Shown here piece after piece: positions 1 to 10,417 of a stretch of 53,757 nucleotides of DNA. The stretch covers positions 1 through 53,757 of the forward strand of contig CAZZAL010000006.1 in the NCBI GenBank assembly GCA_964652265.1, in the 5' to 3' direction. The translations under genes were made by a program, and so were the position numbers. The notes under the pieces were generated by a model, which worked only from the letters and a program-made list of their open reading frames with translations, did no database searches and was not told the origin of the DNA. The stretch comes from an uncultured Planctomycetia bacterium (GTDB lineage Bacteria; Omnitrophota; Gorgyraeia; Gorgyraeales; Gorgyraeaceae). Positions within the stretch are counted from its first letter, which is position 1. The number at the start of each line of letters is the position of its first letter.

Positions 1-370
<370 letters not shown>

Positions 371-387
371 TAATTTGACATAACTCG

Positions 388-454
388 AACCCACAATTTG
401 GCTATATTTACAAAGAGCGAAAAGACAAAAAAAAGGGCATCAAGACGATGCCCT
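388..454 (-). promoter_or_regulatory. rrn leader antitermination elements (boxB-like hairpin, boxA, boxC-like)
   Basis: Hairpin AGGGCATC-GTCTT-GATGCCCT (454-434), then GCTCTTTGTAAA (418-407, boxA-like) and TTGTGGGTT (396-388), in canonical order upstream of 16S. Confidence 0.65.
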
Positions 455-535
455 GTTACATCCTCCCTAACGATATATATAATTACCTTATCAAGGAAAT
501 CTCTTCAATATAAGTACCTCTTTTCGCAACTTGAG

Positions 536-563
536 AGTATATCATACATACGACCAATGTCAA
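536..563 (-). promoter_or_regulatory. rrn promoter P2 (sigma70-type)
   Basis: TTGACA (563-558), 16 nt spacer, TATACT (541-536) with TGn extension. Confidence 0.75.
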
Positions 564-575
564 GAGGTGACATAC

Positions 576-604
576 TTTATACCACTCTGTCCAAAACATG
601 TCAA
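576..604 (-). promoter_or_regulatory. rrn promoter P1 (sigma70-type)
   Basis: TTGACA (604-599), 17 nt spacer, TATAAA (581-576) with TGn extension; AT-rich sequence upstream; tandem with P2. Confidence 0.75.
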
Positions 605-675
605 GTATTAATTTTGAAAAATATTCACCGCAATGTCTAAAGGGGTAACGCCTCGTAAAACAGACTATTGTCTCT

Positions 676-1263
676 TCATAGACTCTGCTTAATACCGGTC
701 TGCGAACCTTTAATAATATCTCCAACTGTTATTCTACTATACTGCAACAAATAAGCCAAGTCATAAACCAAGAATTCATGTGCCTCTGTAGGACGCATTG
801 TCCTGTCAGTATTCTTTAATGTCCATGCGGAAGAATTAGCTATCTCATAAGGTACAACCATGACCGCGCCAATATCATTACCTTTGCGATCATTCAGGCC
901 TACTATGCTTAAATACGCGCCTTTATTGTATCGCCCAGCCTTAATAGGCTGAATCCTTTCCTTAATACCTTGTGTATTAATCCAGCATATCTTTGCTTTA
1001 GGATATGTCTTTTTAATTACATCCATATCTCCTGTATCTAAGTCAGAATATCTTTTTTCATCCACAAAGACAAAATCTACATCTTCGTCGATAGACCCTC
1101 TTTTTAAAACCTTATCTGAGTCATGAGAAATAGTAAAATCAAATCTGAGATTCCCTTTTATCTTCTTACTTTCCAGTTTTGCAATCGAGCCATCTCTATA
1201 TGCTTTAGTCACATCACTTAACGGTGTATCCTCCGAAGTAAAAGAAACTACTTTTATAGGCAT
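676..1263 (-). CDS. Degenerate Cys/Met-metabolism PLP-enzyme large domain; probable frameshifted C-terminal part of 1254..3170
   Basis: VDFVFVDEKRYSDLDTGDMDVIKK..AKICWINTQGIKERIQPIKAG..LSIVGLNDRKGNDIGAVMVV..MRPTEAHEFL parallels the family pattern VFxETPxNPxL..D+..I..VVDNTFATP..QPL..G..SxTK..GxxD.+GG..LSPFDAW but lacks the PLP Lys. The frame is open up to 1284 across an A7 run. Confidence 0.6.
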   Translation of the reverse strand: MPIKVVSFTSEDTPLSDVTKAYRDGSIAKLESKKIKGNLRFDFTISHDSDKVLKRGSIDEDVDFVFVDEKRYSDLDTGDMDVIKKTYPKAKICWINTQGIKERIQPIKAGRYNKGAYLSIVGLNDRKGNDIGAVMVVPYEIANSSAWTLKNTDRTMRPTEAHEFLVYDLAYLLQYSRITVGDIIKGSQTGIKQSL

Positions 1264-3170
1264 ATTATTTTTTTCTCTGGTACTCTAAAAATAACTCTTA
1301 AGAAGAACTCATCAATAGCATCATTTAAAGAACTAGTGGAAAGACCGACATATTTCCCGCTAAAGGCATCCAGGGCTCCTACCTCTAATAAGGTAATAAA
1401 AATCTCCAGTGTGAGAGATGACGGAGTACCTAAGCGTGCATAAAGCCCTCTCCTGGCTGGCTGAAGAGGACTCTTGTCCTCTGATAACTTTAATATACTA
1501 ACAAATATCCCTGACATATCCTTGGCATCCTTGGCGCGCAAGCTAGTGGCATCAGTCAAGGTATCAATTACAGAACTATGATTTCCGCTTATAAGACTCG
1601 AAAGCCAACCATGATGACAGAGCCATGTCTGGGCATCATATTTAGTCACAAGGGTCGCCTTATTTATTATTTTTGCTACATTCCTTATTCTATCATCCTC
1701 GTTATCTATCTTTTCTATCGCATCTTTAATCACTGGCTCGATTTTATATGAATTCCTTACTCTATTTACCACAGGATACTTTCTTATAAGATAGGTTTTC
1801 CCTTCTGAGACATCATTATATTCTGCCATAAAAATCTCATCAAGGAGTCCATAAGGGATATTCTCAGGGTCATGCTCATACTTTTCTAATATTTCAAATA
1901 TAGCGTTCAATTCCCTCAATACATCCCTCGGATCTTCAATACCCACTGACCAGCGGATACCGCTAGAGCTGATACCGCCCTGTTCCTTGTCTTCGTCACT
2001 AAGCGTAATATGCGTTGCGTCTGAAGCCAGATTTAATAAATTACGCACCTGGCCTAAACTCACTGCATGCTCCAGTGTCCTAAAATATCTGAGTAGGTTC
2101 ATGAAGGCAACAGCTTTTTCCCTGCCTCCCTCATGTGGACCAAAATCAAGATATATCATGTGCCCGAAATTATCCATCAGCCTTTTTGCTACATCGTACT
2201 GCGGATGAGACGGATCTCCTGGATAAACCACCTTATCTAAAAGGGGTTGCTTCTTTAACTCCCTGAGATATTTCTCGGCACTAGCATTTTGTATTGCCAA
2301 ACGTAGAGGTAACAAAGGTATGCCATATTCCACTGTTATCTCGGCATCTTTTTCAGTCAAAGGTCTTAAAAAGGTCTTTTTCCTTTGCTTTAACCCCTTG
2401 ATAAAGCTATCTCTGCCAATAAGGACGCCTCCTAAAACATTTCCAGGTCCGCTTAAACCCTTGGTTATGCCCTGCATGACTAGCGTCTCTACGCCATATT
2501 CCTCTGCATACCTCAATGGCTGCATACCCAGTGGCGTTGCAAAAGTATTATCACAGACCAATGTTATATCTCTATCCTTTAAAGCAATTACTTCACAGAT
2601 TTTCTCTACATCAATCACTTTTAAGGTAGGATTTGTAACTGTCTCACAGAACACCAGGACTGTATTTTCATCAAGGTTCCCCTCGACTTCTTCTGAACCT
2701 GCAACATACCTGACATCAAATAATTTTTCTAACTCTGTAAAGAGATTATCCGTACACGCATATGACGGCCTAAAAACAACCAGATTCGCTTTATTGGGAT
2801 CGACTTTACTTTGATCTATCAAATAAAAAATTGCCTCTTTGACAGAACTCATGCCCGTAGAATAAGATACGCCGTTCCACCTGCCTTTTAAATTCCTTGA
2901 TTCGATACCTGCCAGATGCCTTTCTAAAAATTCAACATAGCCTTGGTCTTTATGCTTCTTTTTTATCAACAAATCACGCAATACTATATCTGCAGGTGTG
3001 GTGCCATTGTACTTCTCTCTAAGGCGAGGATATACGTCTTTACCCATCCTGATTCTTAAGCCAGAAACAGCATGTGAATAACCACTTAAACTCAGGATAA
3101 ACAATATAGCTACAACTACCGAGATAGCCCTTTTAACGCTTCTGGTTCCTATATGATACCTATAATTCAT
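1254..3170 (-). CDS. Signal-peptide-bearing Cys/Met metabolism PLP-dependent enzyme (methionine gamma-lyase / cystathionine gamma-synthase family) with start of a second copy
   Basis: STGMSS, YACT, ETVTNPTL, DNTFATP, ITKGLSG (PLP Lys237), YPG..HPQY, AVSLG, IRWSVGIE; N-terminal hydrophobic segment ending SHA; C-terminal YARLGTP..LE segment. Confidence 0.88.
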   Translation of the reverse strand: MNYRYHIGTRSVKRAISVVVAILFILSLSGYSHAVSGLRIRMGKDVYPRLREKYNGTTPADIVLRDLLIKKKHKDQGYVEFLERHLAGIESRNLKGRWNGVSYSTGMSSVKEAIFYLIDQSKVDPNKANLVVFRPSYACTDNLFTELEKLFDVRYVAGSEEVEGNLDENTVLVFCETVTNPTLKVIDVEKICEVIALKDRDITLVCDNTFATPLGMQPLRYAEEYGVETLVMQGITKGLSGPGNVLGGVLIGRDSFIKGLKQRKKTFLRPLTEKDAEITVEYGIPLLPLRLAIQNASAEKYLRELKKQPLLDKVVYPGDPSHPQYDVAKRLMDNFGHMIYLDFGPHEGGREKAVAFMNLLRYFRTLEHAVSLGQVRNLLNLASDATHITLSDEDKEQGGISSSGIRWSVGIEDPRDVLRELNAIFEILEKYEHDPENIPYGLLDEIFMAEYNDVSEGKTYLIRKYPVVNRVRNSYKIEPVIKDAIEKIDNEDDRIRNVAKIINKATLVTKYDAQTWLCHHGWLSSLISGNHSSVIDTLTDATSLRAKDAKDMSGIFVSILKLSEDKSPLQPARRGLYARLGTPSSLTLEIFITLLEVGALDAFSGKYVGLSTSSLNDAIDEFFLRVIFRVPEKKIICL

Positions 3171-3198
3171 ATCAGCTCCTAAGTTTACTTTTAATAGT

Positions 3199-3244
3199 TT
3201 TATAAACTATTATAAATATAACACAAAAAACCTCCTCTTGTCAA
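3199..3244 (-). promoter_or_regulatory. Sigma70-type promoter of the PLP-enzyme gene with conserved 22-nt element
   Basis: TTGACA (3244-3239), 18 nt spacer, TGt-TATATT (3220-3215); TATATTTATAATAGTTTATAAA (3220-3199) is near-identical to 34614-34593; AGGAG RBS before the ATG. Confidence 0.7.
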
Positions 3245-3246
3245 TC

Positions 3247-3290
3247 AAAATAGCTTGACTCGTTTCAGCAATGTTAAAAGTGTCAAGCTA
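3247..3290 (-). terminator. Possible terminator after tyrS
   Basis: Inverted repeat TAGCTTGAC..GTCAAGCTA (3251-3290, includes the tyrS stop) followed by TTTT on the minus strand; the loop is long. Confidence 0.35.
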
Positions 3291-4457
3291 GGACTTGAGG
3301 ATTATCTTTAAAAAGCGTTTTTTGCCGATTTTAATACAGTATTCTTTGGAAGGTTCGAGCTGTAGATCAGGTGTTTTTAACCTGTCTCCATTGACCTCTA
3401 CTGCGCCCTGGTCTACCAGCCTTCTGTATTCGCTCTTACTGGGACATACTCCGTCAGAAATAAGAAAGTCACTAAGCGTTCCTTTGAATATCTTCGTTTC
3501 CAACTTTAACTCTGCAAAAGGATCTCTTTTTTGAAACTTGTTTTCAAAATCCCTACGTGCCCGCAGAGCTGATTTTTCCCCATGATACTGCCTAACTATC
3601 AACTCCGCTAAGCTCTTCTTTGCCTCCATAGGGTGCAGTTTTTTGACACGCTCCAGGTCTTCGTCTGTCAAAAGTTCATAGTAATGCATCATCAATTCAT
3701 CTGATACTGACATGATCTTACCAAACATATCTTCCGGCAAATCATTTATACCTATATGATTACCAAAAGACTTGCTCATCTTCAGGGTACCGTCGAGACC
3801 AATCAAAAGCGGCACCATTATAACCACCTGCTGTTCTTCTTCAAAATCCTTCTGAAGTTCGCGGCCAAGAAGAAGATTGAATTTCTGATCCAACCCGCCT
3901 AGCTCGACATCTGCCTTTAATTTAATAGAATCATATGCCTGGAGAAGTGGATACAGGAATTCCAAAAGGCTTATGTCCTTTCCGGATTTATACCTCTTGT
4001 TAAAATCTGAGCGGGCTAGAAGCTGCGAAACAGTGGTATGTGAGGCAAGGTCTACCATTACATCCTGCAGATGCATTGACTTAAACCATTTACTATTAAA
4101 AACTACCTCTGTCTTTCTTTCATCCAGGATCTTAAAGACCTGTTTTTTATAAGTCTTGGCGTTTTCCTTTACCTCTTTTTCAGTCAAATACTTCCTGGTC
4201 TCAGTCCTTCCGGTAGGATCTCCTATCATGCCTGTAAAATCACCTATAAGAAAGACCACCTTGTGTCCCAGGTCCTGAAAATGTCGCATCTTTCTCAAGA
4301 GCACAGTATGCCCAAGATGTATATCAGGTGCGCTCGGGTCAAATCCCGCTTTTATTACCAGCGGCCTTTTCTTTTCCAGTTTAGCTGTGAGTTCTTTCTC
4401 AGAGATCACCTCTACTGTACCGCGCTTGATTATTTGTAGCTGTTTTTTTATTGGCAT
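3288..4457 (-). CDS. tyrS: Tyrosine--tRNA ligase
   Basis: [38 protein letters not shown]-terminal S4 domain. Confidence 0.98.
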   Translation of the reverse strand: MPIKKQLQIIKRGTVEVISEKELTAKLEKKRPLVIKAGFDPSAPDIHLGHTVLLRKMRHFQDLGHKVVFLIGDFTGMIGDPTGRTETRKYLTEKEVKENAKTYKKQVFKILDERKTEVVFNSKWFKSMHLQDVMVDLASHTTVSQLLARSDFNKRYKSGKDISLLEFLYPLLQAYDSIKLKADVELGGLDQKFNLLLGRELQKDFEEEQQVVIMVPLLIGLDGTLKMSKSFGNHIGINDLPEDMFGKIMSVSDELMMHYYELLTDEDLERVKKLHPMEAKKSLAELIVRQYHGEKSALRARRDFENKFQKRDPFAELKLETKIFKGTLSDFLISDGVCPSKSEYRRLVDQGAVEVNGDRLKTPDLQLEPSKEYCIKIGKKRFLKIILKS

Positions 4458-6044
4458 TTAATCCTTCTTCTTAAGGCTAAGCCCTATCTTCCGCTCGGTC
4501 TCGTCCACCTTGATCACAACGGCTGAGACCTTATCTCCTACCTTAAAATTATCCTCTAACTTCGCTTGAGGGTCAAGTCCCAATTCAGATACATGTACCA
4601 GGGCCTCAAGGTCTTTTTCTATCTCAACAAAAAATCCGAAACTGGCGATCTTTGTTATGGTGCCAGTGACTGCTGTAGCCAGGCTGTATTTCTTAGCGAT
4701 CTGGGGCCATGGATCAGTCGTCAGTTGCTTTATGCCAAGATTCATCCTCTGGCTCTCAGAATCAACTGCAAGTATCATGACTTCCAGTTTTTGGCCCTTC
4801 TTTAAAAATTCCTTGGGGTTATTGACCTTTCTTGTCCAGGACATGTCATTTACATGGACAAAACCCTCTATCCTTCCTTCTATTTCTATAAAGGCGCCGT
4901 AGTCAGTTAGATTCCTGACCTTGCCCTCGGCCTTTGTGCCAGGCGGAAACTTTTCTTTTATCTCCAGCCATGGATTTGCCTCTATCTGTTTTATACCAAG
5001 AGAAATCTTCTGGCTTTCCTTGTCACAGCTTAAGACAAGCGCTTCGACTATATCACCTATTGCAAGGACATCTGAAGGATTGTTTACCCTGGTGGTCCAT
5101 GAAAGCTCAGAGACATGTACGAGCCCCTCGACACCTTTCTCGAGTTCCACAAACGCTCCATAAGGCATGATATTTACGATCTTGCCTTTTATCTTTGAGC
5201 CAAGTGGATATTTTTCTTCCACATCTTTCCATGGGCTCTCTGTCTTTTGTTTCAGGCCCAACGATACCTTTCCGCTTTGCTTGTCAAAGTTTAATATCAT
5301 TACCTCTACGGTATCTCCTATGGCCAGGACCTCGCTCGGGTGTGAAATCCTTCCCCAGCTCATGTCCGTAATGTGCAGGAGCCCGTCGATGCCGCCAAGA
5401 TCAATAAACGCGCCAAAGTCTGTTATATTTTTTACCAGACCTTTGCGCAATTCACTGACCTTTAGTTCACCGATCAACCTATCTTTGGCTTCGTCCCTTT
5501 CTTTCATTATTGCGTCTTTTCTGGAAAGAACAATATTTTTTCTCATCTTGTTCATCTTTACGATCTTAAACTTCAGGGTCTGACCCATGATCTGATTAAC
5601 ATTACCAAAACCCTTTAAGGCCACGAGAGAAGCAGGCAAAAACGCCTCCATGCCAATATCTACCATAAGGCCGCCCTTTACCTTGCGAGCAACCTTGCCC
5701 TCTACTACATCACCTTCTTTGCACTGATTGACAATCCTGTTCCAGCCCTGTGTCTTCTCAGCCTTCTTTTTTGAAACAACGATCATACCGTCTTCATTTT
5801 CCTTGGATTCCACCAGCACCTCGAATTCATCGCCTATGTTCACGACTGCCTTATCCTTATTGAATTCCGCTATAGGAATAATGCCTTCGGACTTATATCC
5901 GAAATCAACATAGACATCCTTCTTACCTACGGCTATGACCTTTCCCTTTACTATATCACCCTCACCCAGACTACGAAACGTCTTTGCATACGCTGAGGCA
6001 AGGTCAAATCCTTCCTTATCAACCTGCTTCTTTTCTTCACTCAT
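4458..6044 (-). CDS. rpsA: 30S ribosomal protein S1
   Basis: Six S1 repeats (GYKSEG, AFLPAS, DFGAFIDLGGIDGLLHITDMSW, YGAFVELEKGVEGLVHVSELSW). Confidence 0.98.
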   Translation of the reverse strand: MSEEKKQVDKEGFDLASAYAKTFRSLGEGDIVKGKVIAVGKKDVYVDFGYKSEGIIPIAEFNKDKAVVNIGDEFEVLVESKENEDGMIVVSKKKAEKTQGWNRIVNQCKEGDVVEGKVARKVKGGLMVDIGMEAFLPASLVALKGFGNVNQIMGQTLKFKIVKMNKMRKNIVLSRKDAIMKERDEAKDRLIGELKVSELRKGLVKNITDFGAFIDLGGIDGLLHITDMSWGRISHPSEVLAIGDTVEVMILNFDKQSGKVSLGLKQKTESPWKDVEEKYPLGSKIKGKIVNIMPYGAFVELEKGVEGLVHVSELSWTTRVNNPSDVLAIGDIVEALVLSCDKESQKISLGIKQIEANPWLEIKEKFPPGTKAEGKVRNLTDYGAFIEIEGRIEGFVHVNDMSWTRKVNNPKEFLKKGQKLEVMILAVDSESQRMNLGIKQLTTDPWPQIAKKYSLATAVTGTITKIASFGFFVEIEKDLEALVHVSELGLDPQAKLEDNFKVGDKVSAVVIKVDETERKIGLSLKKKD

Positions 6045-6051
6045 AATAGAA

Positions 6052-6864
6052 TTACCCCTCTTTCGTTAGATTTATTTTTTGTGCTACGCTTTTAACCATC
6101 GAATCCGGAGTTGATGCGCCGCTTATGATCCCGGCACACTTCTTACCCTTGAAATACATCTTTTTCAATTCACCAGGTGTCTCGATATGGAAACTCCTCA
6201 CCCCGCTTTCTTTACAGATCTCAAATAACCTTCTAGTATTGGCACTGTTTCTACCACCAACTACTATCATGACGTCGCATTTCTTTATAAGCTCTCGGGT
6301 CAGTCTCTGTCTATGCGCCGTATCATTGCAAATCGTATTAAAAATCCTTATCTCGCTAAAATCCTCGTTCAATACATCCAAGATACCTTTTATATAATTC
6401 GATTTCGTCTGCGTTGTCTGGGATACAACACCTATCTTTTTTGTGTCCTTCCTTTTTCCGGCAATGCTGGAAAGCGCTTTTACCTCAGGATGTTTTCCCT
6501 CGCCAACTATGATTATTTTATAGCCTTCTCTCTTCAGACCCTTTACTATATCATGGGCATGCTTTACAAATGGACACGTGGCATCTACTACTCTCACCCC
6601 TCGCTTCTTTAACTTATTGATTATAGCTATCGAGGCGCCATGCGAAGATATAATAACAGTTCCTTTTTTTATCCTGCCGGCATCCCGTAAGACCTTTAGT
6701 CCTTTTTTTGAAAGATCGCTTACTACCTGAGGATTATGTATTATAGGGTTAAAAGAATAAATCCCTCTTTTATCCTTTGAGCGTTTAAGTGTTTCTTCGG
6801 CTATCTTTATCGCACGCTTTACACCAAAACAAAAACCTGAATGACTGGCTATTTTAATCCGCAT
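6052..6864 (-). CDS. ispH: 4-hydroxy-3-methylbut-2-enyl diphosphate reductase
   Basis: GFCFGVKRA, IIHNPQV, DATCPFV, HPEV, QTT, NTICNDT, SANT, GASTP. Confidence 0.96.
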   Translation of the reverse strand: MRIKIASHSGFCFGVKRAIKIAEETLKRSKDKRGIYSFNPIIHNPQVVSDLSKKGLKVLRDAGRIKKGTVIISSHGASIAIINKLKKRGVRVVDATCPFVKHAHDIVKGLKREGYKIIIVGEGKHPEVKALSSIAGKRKDTKKIGVVSQTTQTKSNYIKGILDVLNEDFSEIRIFNTICNDTAHRQRLTRELIKKCDVMIVVGGRNSANTRRLFEICKESGVRSFHIETPGELKKMYFKGKKCAGIISGASTPDSMVKSVAQKINLTKEG

Positions 6865-7462
6865 CTCTCTTTAATCCAGCGATCGCATCCATTACCTGTC
6901 CAGCAATACGCATATAACACTCTTTCTTGTTTCCCTTTGTCTTCTCAAATTCCATGGGCTTTCCAAAATATACTGAAACGCGCATCATCCTTGGAAACCT
7001 CGAATGTCTGGGCCATGCCTTCATCGAGCCCTTCACATAACACGGCAAGATCTTGACACCTGAGGCATTCTGCAAAAATCCTATTCCAGACTTGGGTGCC
7101 TGCAGATTTCCGTCTCCTGAACGAGTGCCCTCTGGAAAAATAAGGATTGGCTCACCCTGTGATAATTTATTCAAAGCTAGTTTAAAGGCGTTTACATCTC
7201 CAGTCTCACGCTTTATAGGAGAAACGTGTATCCAGCATAACATCTTTGCGAAAGGTCTGAATCTAAATAGTGTGTCGCGGGCCAGATAACTCAGCTTTCG
7301 CGGAGCGCCGATACCGACTATTATAGGATCCAAGAAACTCGCATGATTGGGCGCTACAATAACCGGACTGGCTTTTGGAAAATTCTCCCTCCCGAATATT
7401 CTCAACCGGAAAAATATCTTAAAGAGCAAAAATGCTATAAACCTTGTAAATGTATAAAACAT
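6854..7462 (-). CDS. plsC: 1-acyl-sn-glycerol-3-phosphate acyltransferase
   Basis: NHASFLD and FPEGTRS motifs. Confidence 0.92.
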   Translation of the reverse strand: MFYTFTRFIAFLLFKIFFRLRIFGRENFPKASPVIVAPNHASFLDPIIVGIGAPRKLSYLARDTLFRFRPFAKMLCWIHVSPIKRETGDVNAFKLALNKLSQGEPILIFPEGTRSGDGNLQAPKSGIGFLQNASGVKILPCYVKGSMKAWPRHSRFPRMMRVSVYFGKPMEFEKTKGNKKECYMRIAGQVMDAIAGLKRDAD

Positions 7463-8298
7463 TATCTAACAGAATCCCTGATGGCCTTAGCTTTCTTGAG
7501 TAATCTCAAGAGCTCTGCGTGCTTATCCTTTTTTAATGCATCCTCGATCTTTGATAATTCTTTCTTGAGAAGCTTTATATCCTTAGATATGTTCTTTTTA
7601 TTCGTAATAAAAATATCCTTCCATAATTCAGGTGCTCCGGAGGCAATCCTGGTAGTATCTTTGAATCCCCCTGCTGCCAGTTTTAAATCACACTTTTGGC
7701 AAGCATTGGAAAGTGCCACAGAAACTGCATGCGGCAGGTGACTTAGTCTTGAGGTAACCTTATCATGTTTTTCAGGGCTCATAATCTCCACCTTCATGCC
7801 TAAGGCCTTCCAGAATCTCTTTATCCTGGCAAGGGCCTTTGGATTTGTACAAGGTGATTTTGTCAAAATGCAATGTGCACCTTTAAATAAATCTTTATCA
7901 GCATTCACCACACCTTGCTTTTCAGATCCAGCCACAGGATGGCTGCCTACAAAATCTACCCTACGAGGTAAAATCGCTTCTATCTTCTTTACGATATCCT
8001 TTTTTGTGCTCCCTGCGTCTATTACAATCGCACCTTTTTTTAGATGCCTTGAGATCCGCCTTGCTATATTTATAATCGTCAAGACAGGGGCTGCGAGGAT
8101 AACAAGGTCTGAATCCTTTACACCTTTTTTCAGATCAAGTGTAACAGAATCAACTGCCCCTACCTTTAATGCGCGTCTGACTGTAGAGCGCCTGCGGGAT
8201 ACCCCGATCACTTCTTTCGCTAGGTGTTTCCTTTTTATAGCAAAGCTCAGTGACCCGCCGATCAATCCTAAACCAATTATAGTAACACGTTTAAACAT
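7462..8298 (-). CDS. tyrA: Prephenate/arogenate dehydrogenase
   Basis: [37 protein letters not shown]. Confidence 0.95.
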   Translation of the reverse strand: MFKRVTIIGLGLIGGSLSFAIKRKHLAKEVIGVSRRRSTVRRALKVGAVDSVTLDLKKGVKDSDLVILAAPVLTIINIARRISRHLKKGAIVIDAGSTKKDIVKKIEAILPRRVDFVGSHPVAGSEKQGVVNADKDLFKGAHCILTKSPCTNPKALARIKRFWKALGMKVEIMSPEKHDKVTSRLSHLPHAVSVALSNACQKCDLKLAAGGFKDTTRIASGAPELWKDIFITNKKNISKDIKLLKKELSKIEDALKKDKHAELLRLLKKAKAIRDSVR

Positions 8299-9304
8299 CT
8301 CGTCCCACTGCCTTTGCTACGCACTGCAAGGTCTTCATCATCGCATCAAATTTCTCTGGCAATAAAGATTGTGCTCCATCAGAAAAAGCATCCTCAGGGC
8401 TTGGGTGCACTTCTATAATCAATCCATCAGCACCAGCAGCTATTGCTGCCCTGGACATAGGAGATACAAGGTCCCATTTCCCTGTGCCATGACTTGGATC
8501 CACGATGACAGGTAAATGACTTAGCTTTTTTATAAGCGGTACTGCATTTAAATCCAAGGTAAACCTGGTAGAATCCTCAAACGTCCTTATGCCTCTCTCG
8601 CATAACATGCAATTAAAATTTCCATTGGAGAGAACATACTCTGCTGACATCAACAGCTCTTTTACCGTCGCTGATATGCCTCTTTTAAGAAGCACTGGCT
8701 TTTTGGAAAGCCCAACCTCTTTTAACAGATTAAAATTCTGCATATTCCTTGCGCCTACCTGCAATATATCAGCATACCTTCCTACTAACTCTACATCCCT
8801 TGTGTCCATGACCTCAGTCACGATCTTGAGCCCTGTTTTTTGCTTTACTTCCTTTAAAAACTTAAGCCCTTCTTCGCCCAGGCCCTGGAAACTATAAGGA
8901 GAACTGCGCGGTTTAAACGCTCCTCCCCTTAAAATCAAAGCACCTGAAGAAGAAACCTTTTTCCCTATATCCATAAGGCCTTCGAGATTCTCAACAGAAC
9001 AAGGGCCTGCCATCATAACTATTTTTTTGCCGCCTATCTTTACACCATCGACATCTATTACTGTATCTTTACCTTTAAACTCGCGCGAGGCAAGTTTGTA
9101 TGGCTTTAAGATAGACATCACCTTCTCAACGCCAGGATATGCCTCAAGCGGCTGTACGCGTAAGATGTCCTCTTCGCCAATAACACCTATAATGGTGCGC
9201 TCGACTCCCTTAGAGACCATGGTCTCAAGGCCGAGCTTTTTAACCTTTTCTACTATATGATCTATGTCTTTTTTTGTCGCATCCGGCCGTAAAACTATTA
9301 TCAT
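8291..9304 (-). CDS. aroF: DAHP synthase type I-beta with N-terminal regulatory domain
   Basis: [45 protein letters not shown]. Confidence 0.96.
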   Translation of the reverse strand: MIIVLRPDATKKDIDHIVEKVKKLGLETMVSKGVERTIIGVIGEEDILRVQPLEAYPGVEKVMSILKPYKLASREFKGKDTVIDVDGVKIGGKKIVMMAGPCSVENLEGLMDIGKKVSSSGALILRGGAFKPRSSPYSFQGLGEEGLKFLKEVKQKTGLKIVTEVMDTRDVELVGRYADILQVGARNMQNFNLLKEVGLSKKPVLLKRGISATVKELLMSAEYVLSNGNFNCMLCERGIRTFEDSTRFTLDLNAVPLIKKLSHLPVIVDPSHGTGKWDLVSPMSRAAIAAGADGLIIEVHPSPEDAFSDGAQSLLPEKFDAMMKTLQCVAKAVGRDV

Positions 9305-9316
9305 ACTGCCTCCAGA

Positions 9317-10396
9317 TCAAACTATTATCTTCTTCAGTTCTTTTATGAAACGCTTGTTTTCTTTCTCAGTCCCTACTGTTACGCGGATAAATGTATCCAT
9401 GCCCCAGGCCTTCATGTTACGCACGATCACACCTTTCCTCAAAAGCTTCTTAGTGACCTCTGGTGCATCCTTACCAATCTCAAACAATACAAAATTAGTA
9501 ACGCTCGGGATATATCTCACGCCTAATTTCTTAAAGGAGCTATAAAAAAACTTCCTACCTGTCTGTGTCAATCTTTTTGTCTTAGCTAGGAATTTCTTAT
9601 CCTTTAATGCCGCAATGGCAGCTACTTGCGCAACTGAATTTACGTTAAATGGGTCACGTACTGACTCCATGTATTTGATTATCCCTGGTTTTGAGACACC
9701 ATAACCGACCCTCAAGCCCGCAAGGCCATACGACTTTGAAAAACTCCTCGTTACTATCACATTGTTCCTTGCGATATAATCCAATCCATTCGGATAATCT
9801 TTTTCCGAGACAAAATCAAAGTATGCCTCGTCTATAAAAACAATCACTGACTCAGGCAAGCCTTTAAAAAACGCATCCAGCTCGTACTTTGTAACATACG
9901 TACCATTGGGATTATCGGGATTCGCGATAAATACGATCTTAGTATGCCTCGTTATAGACTCTTTCATGGCCTTCAGGTCATACTTAAAATACCTGGTCGG
10001 TACCCTTTTTATCTTGCTGCCCTGGATTTTCGACGCTATCTCGTATATCAAAAATGTAGGCGCTGCCACGACTACCTCATCGCCTTCATCTACAAATGCC
10101 CTGAGTGCTAAAAAAATCAATTCATCCGAGCCATTGCCAAAGATGAGCTGCTCTGGTTTCACGTCCAGTTTCCTCGTCAGGGCCTGACGCAGATAAAAAC
10201 ACCCTCCCTCTGGATACCTGTTTACCTCAGACAGTTTTTTTCTTATAGCAGCTAATGCCTTTGGGGAAGGGCCCAAGGGATTTTCATTAGATGCCATCTT
10301 GACGACATCTTTCAGACCCAGATTCCTTTTGACCTCCTCAATAGGCTTGCCTGGCTGGTATACCTTTATATTGACTATGGATTTACGCGGTAACAT
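9317..10396 (-). CDS. hisC: Histidinol-phosphate / aromatic amino acid aminotransferase
   Basis: SNENPLG, GNGSDE, NPDNPNG, DEAY, SFSKSYGLAGLRVG; start moved to ATG 10396, which follows AGAGGA. Confidence 0.93.
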   Translation of the reverse strand: MLPRKSIVNIKVYQPGKPIEEVKRNLGLKDVVKMASNENPLGPSPKALAAIRKKLSEVNRYPEGGCFYLRQALTRKLDVKPEQLIFGNGSDELIFLALRAFVDEGDEVVVAAPTFLIYEIASKIQGSKIKRVPTRYFKYDLKAMKESITRHTKIVFIANPDNPNGTYVTKYELDAFFKGLPESVIVFIDEAYFDFVSEKDYPNGLDYIARNNVIVTRSFSKSYGLAGLRVGYGVSKPGIIKYMESVRDPFNVNSVAQVAAIAALKDKKFLAKTKRLTQTGRKFFYSSFKKLGVRYIPSVTNFVLFEIGKDAPEVTKKLLRKGVIVRNMKAWGMDTFIRVTVGTEKENKRFIKELKKIIV

Positions 10397-10417
10397 AATA
10401 ATCCTCTTGATCAAGCG

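Noticed and set aside
398-725. ORFs 398..640 (+) and 483..725 (-)
   Set aside because: They overlap the rrn promoters and leader and have no recognisable motifs.
1254-3170. Circular permutation of the PLP lyase (N-terminal motif found at the C-terminus)
   Set aside because: The C-terminal segment continues into a second GMxAI-like helix and, past the frameshift, a whole degenerate large domain; tandem duplication explains this better.
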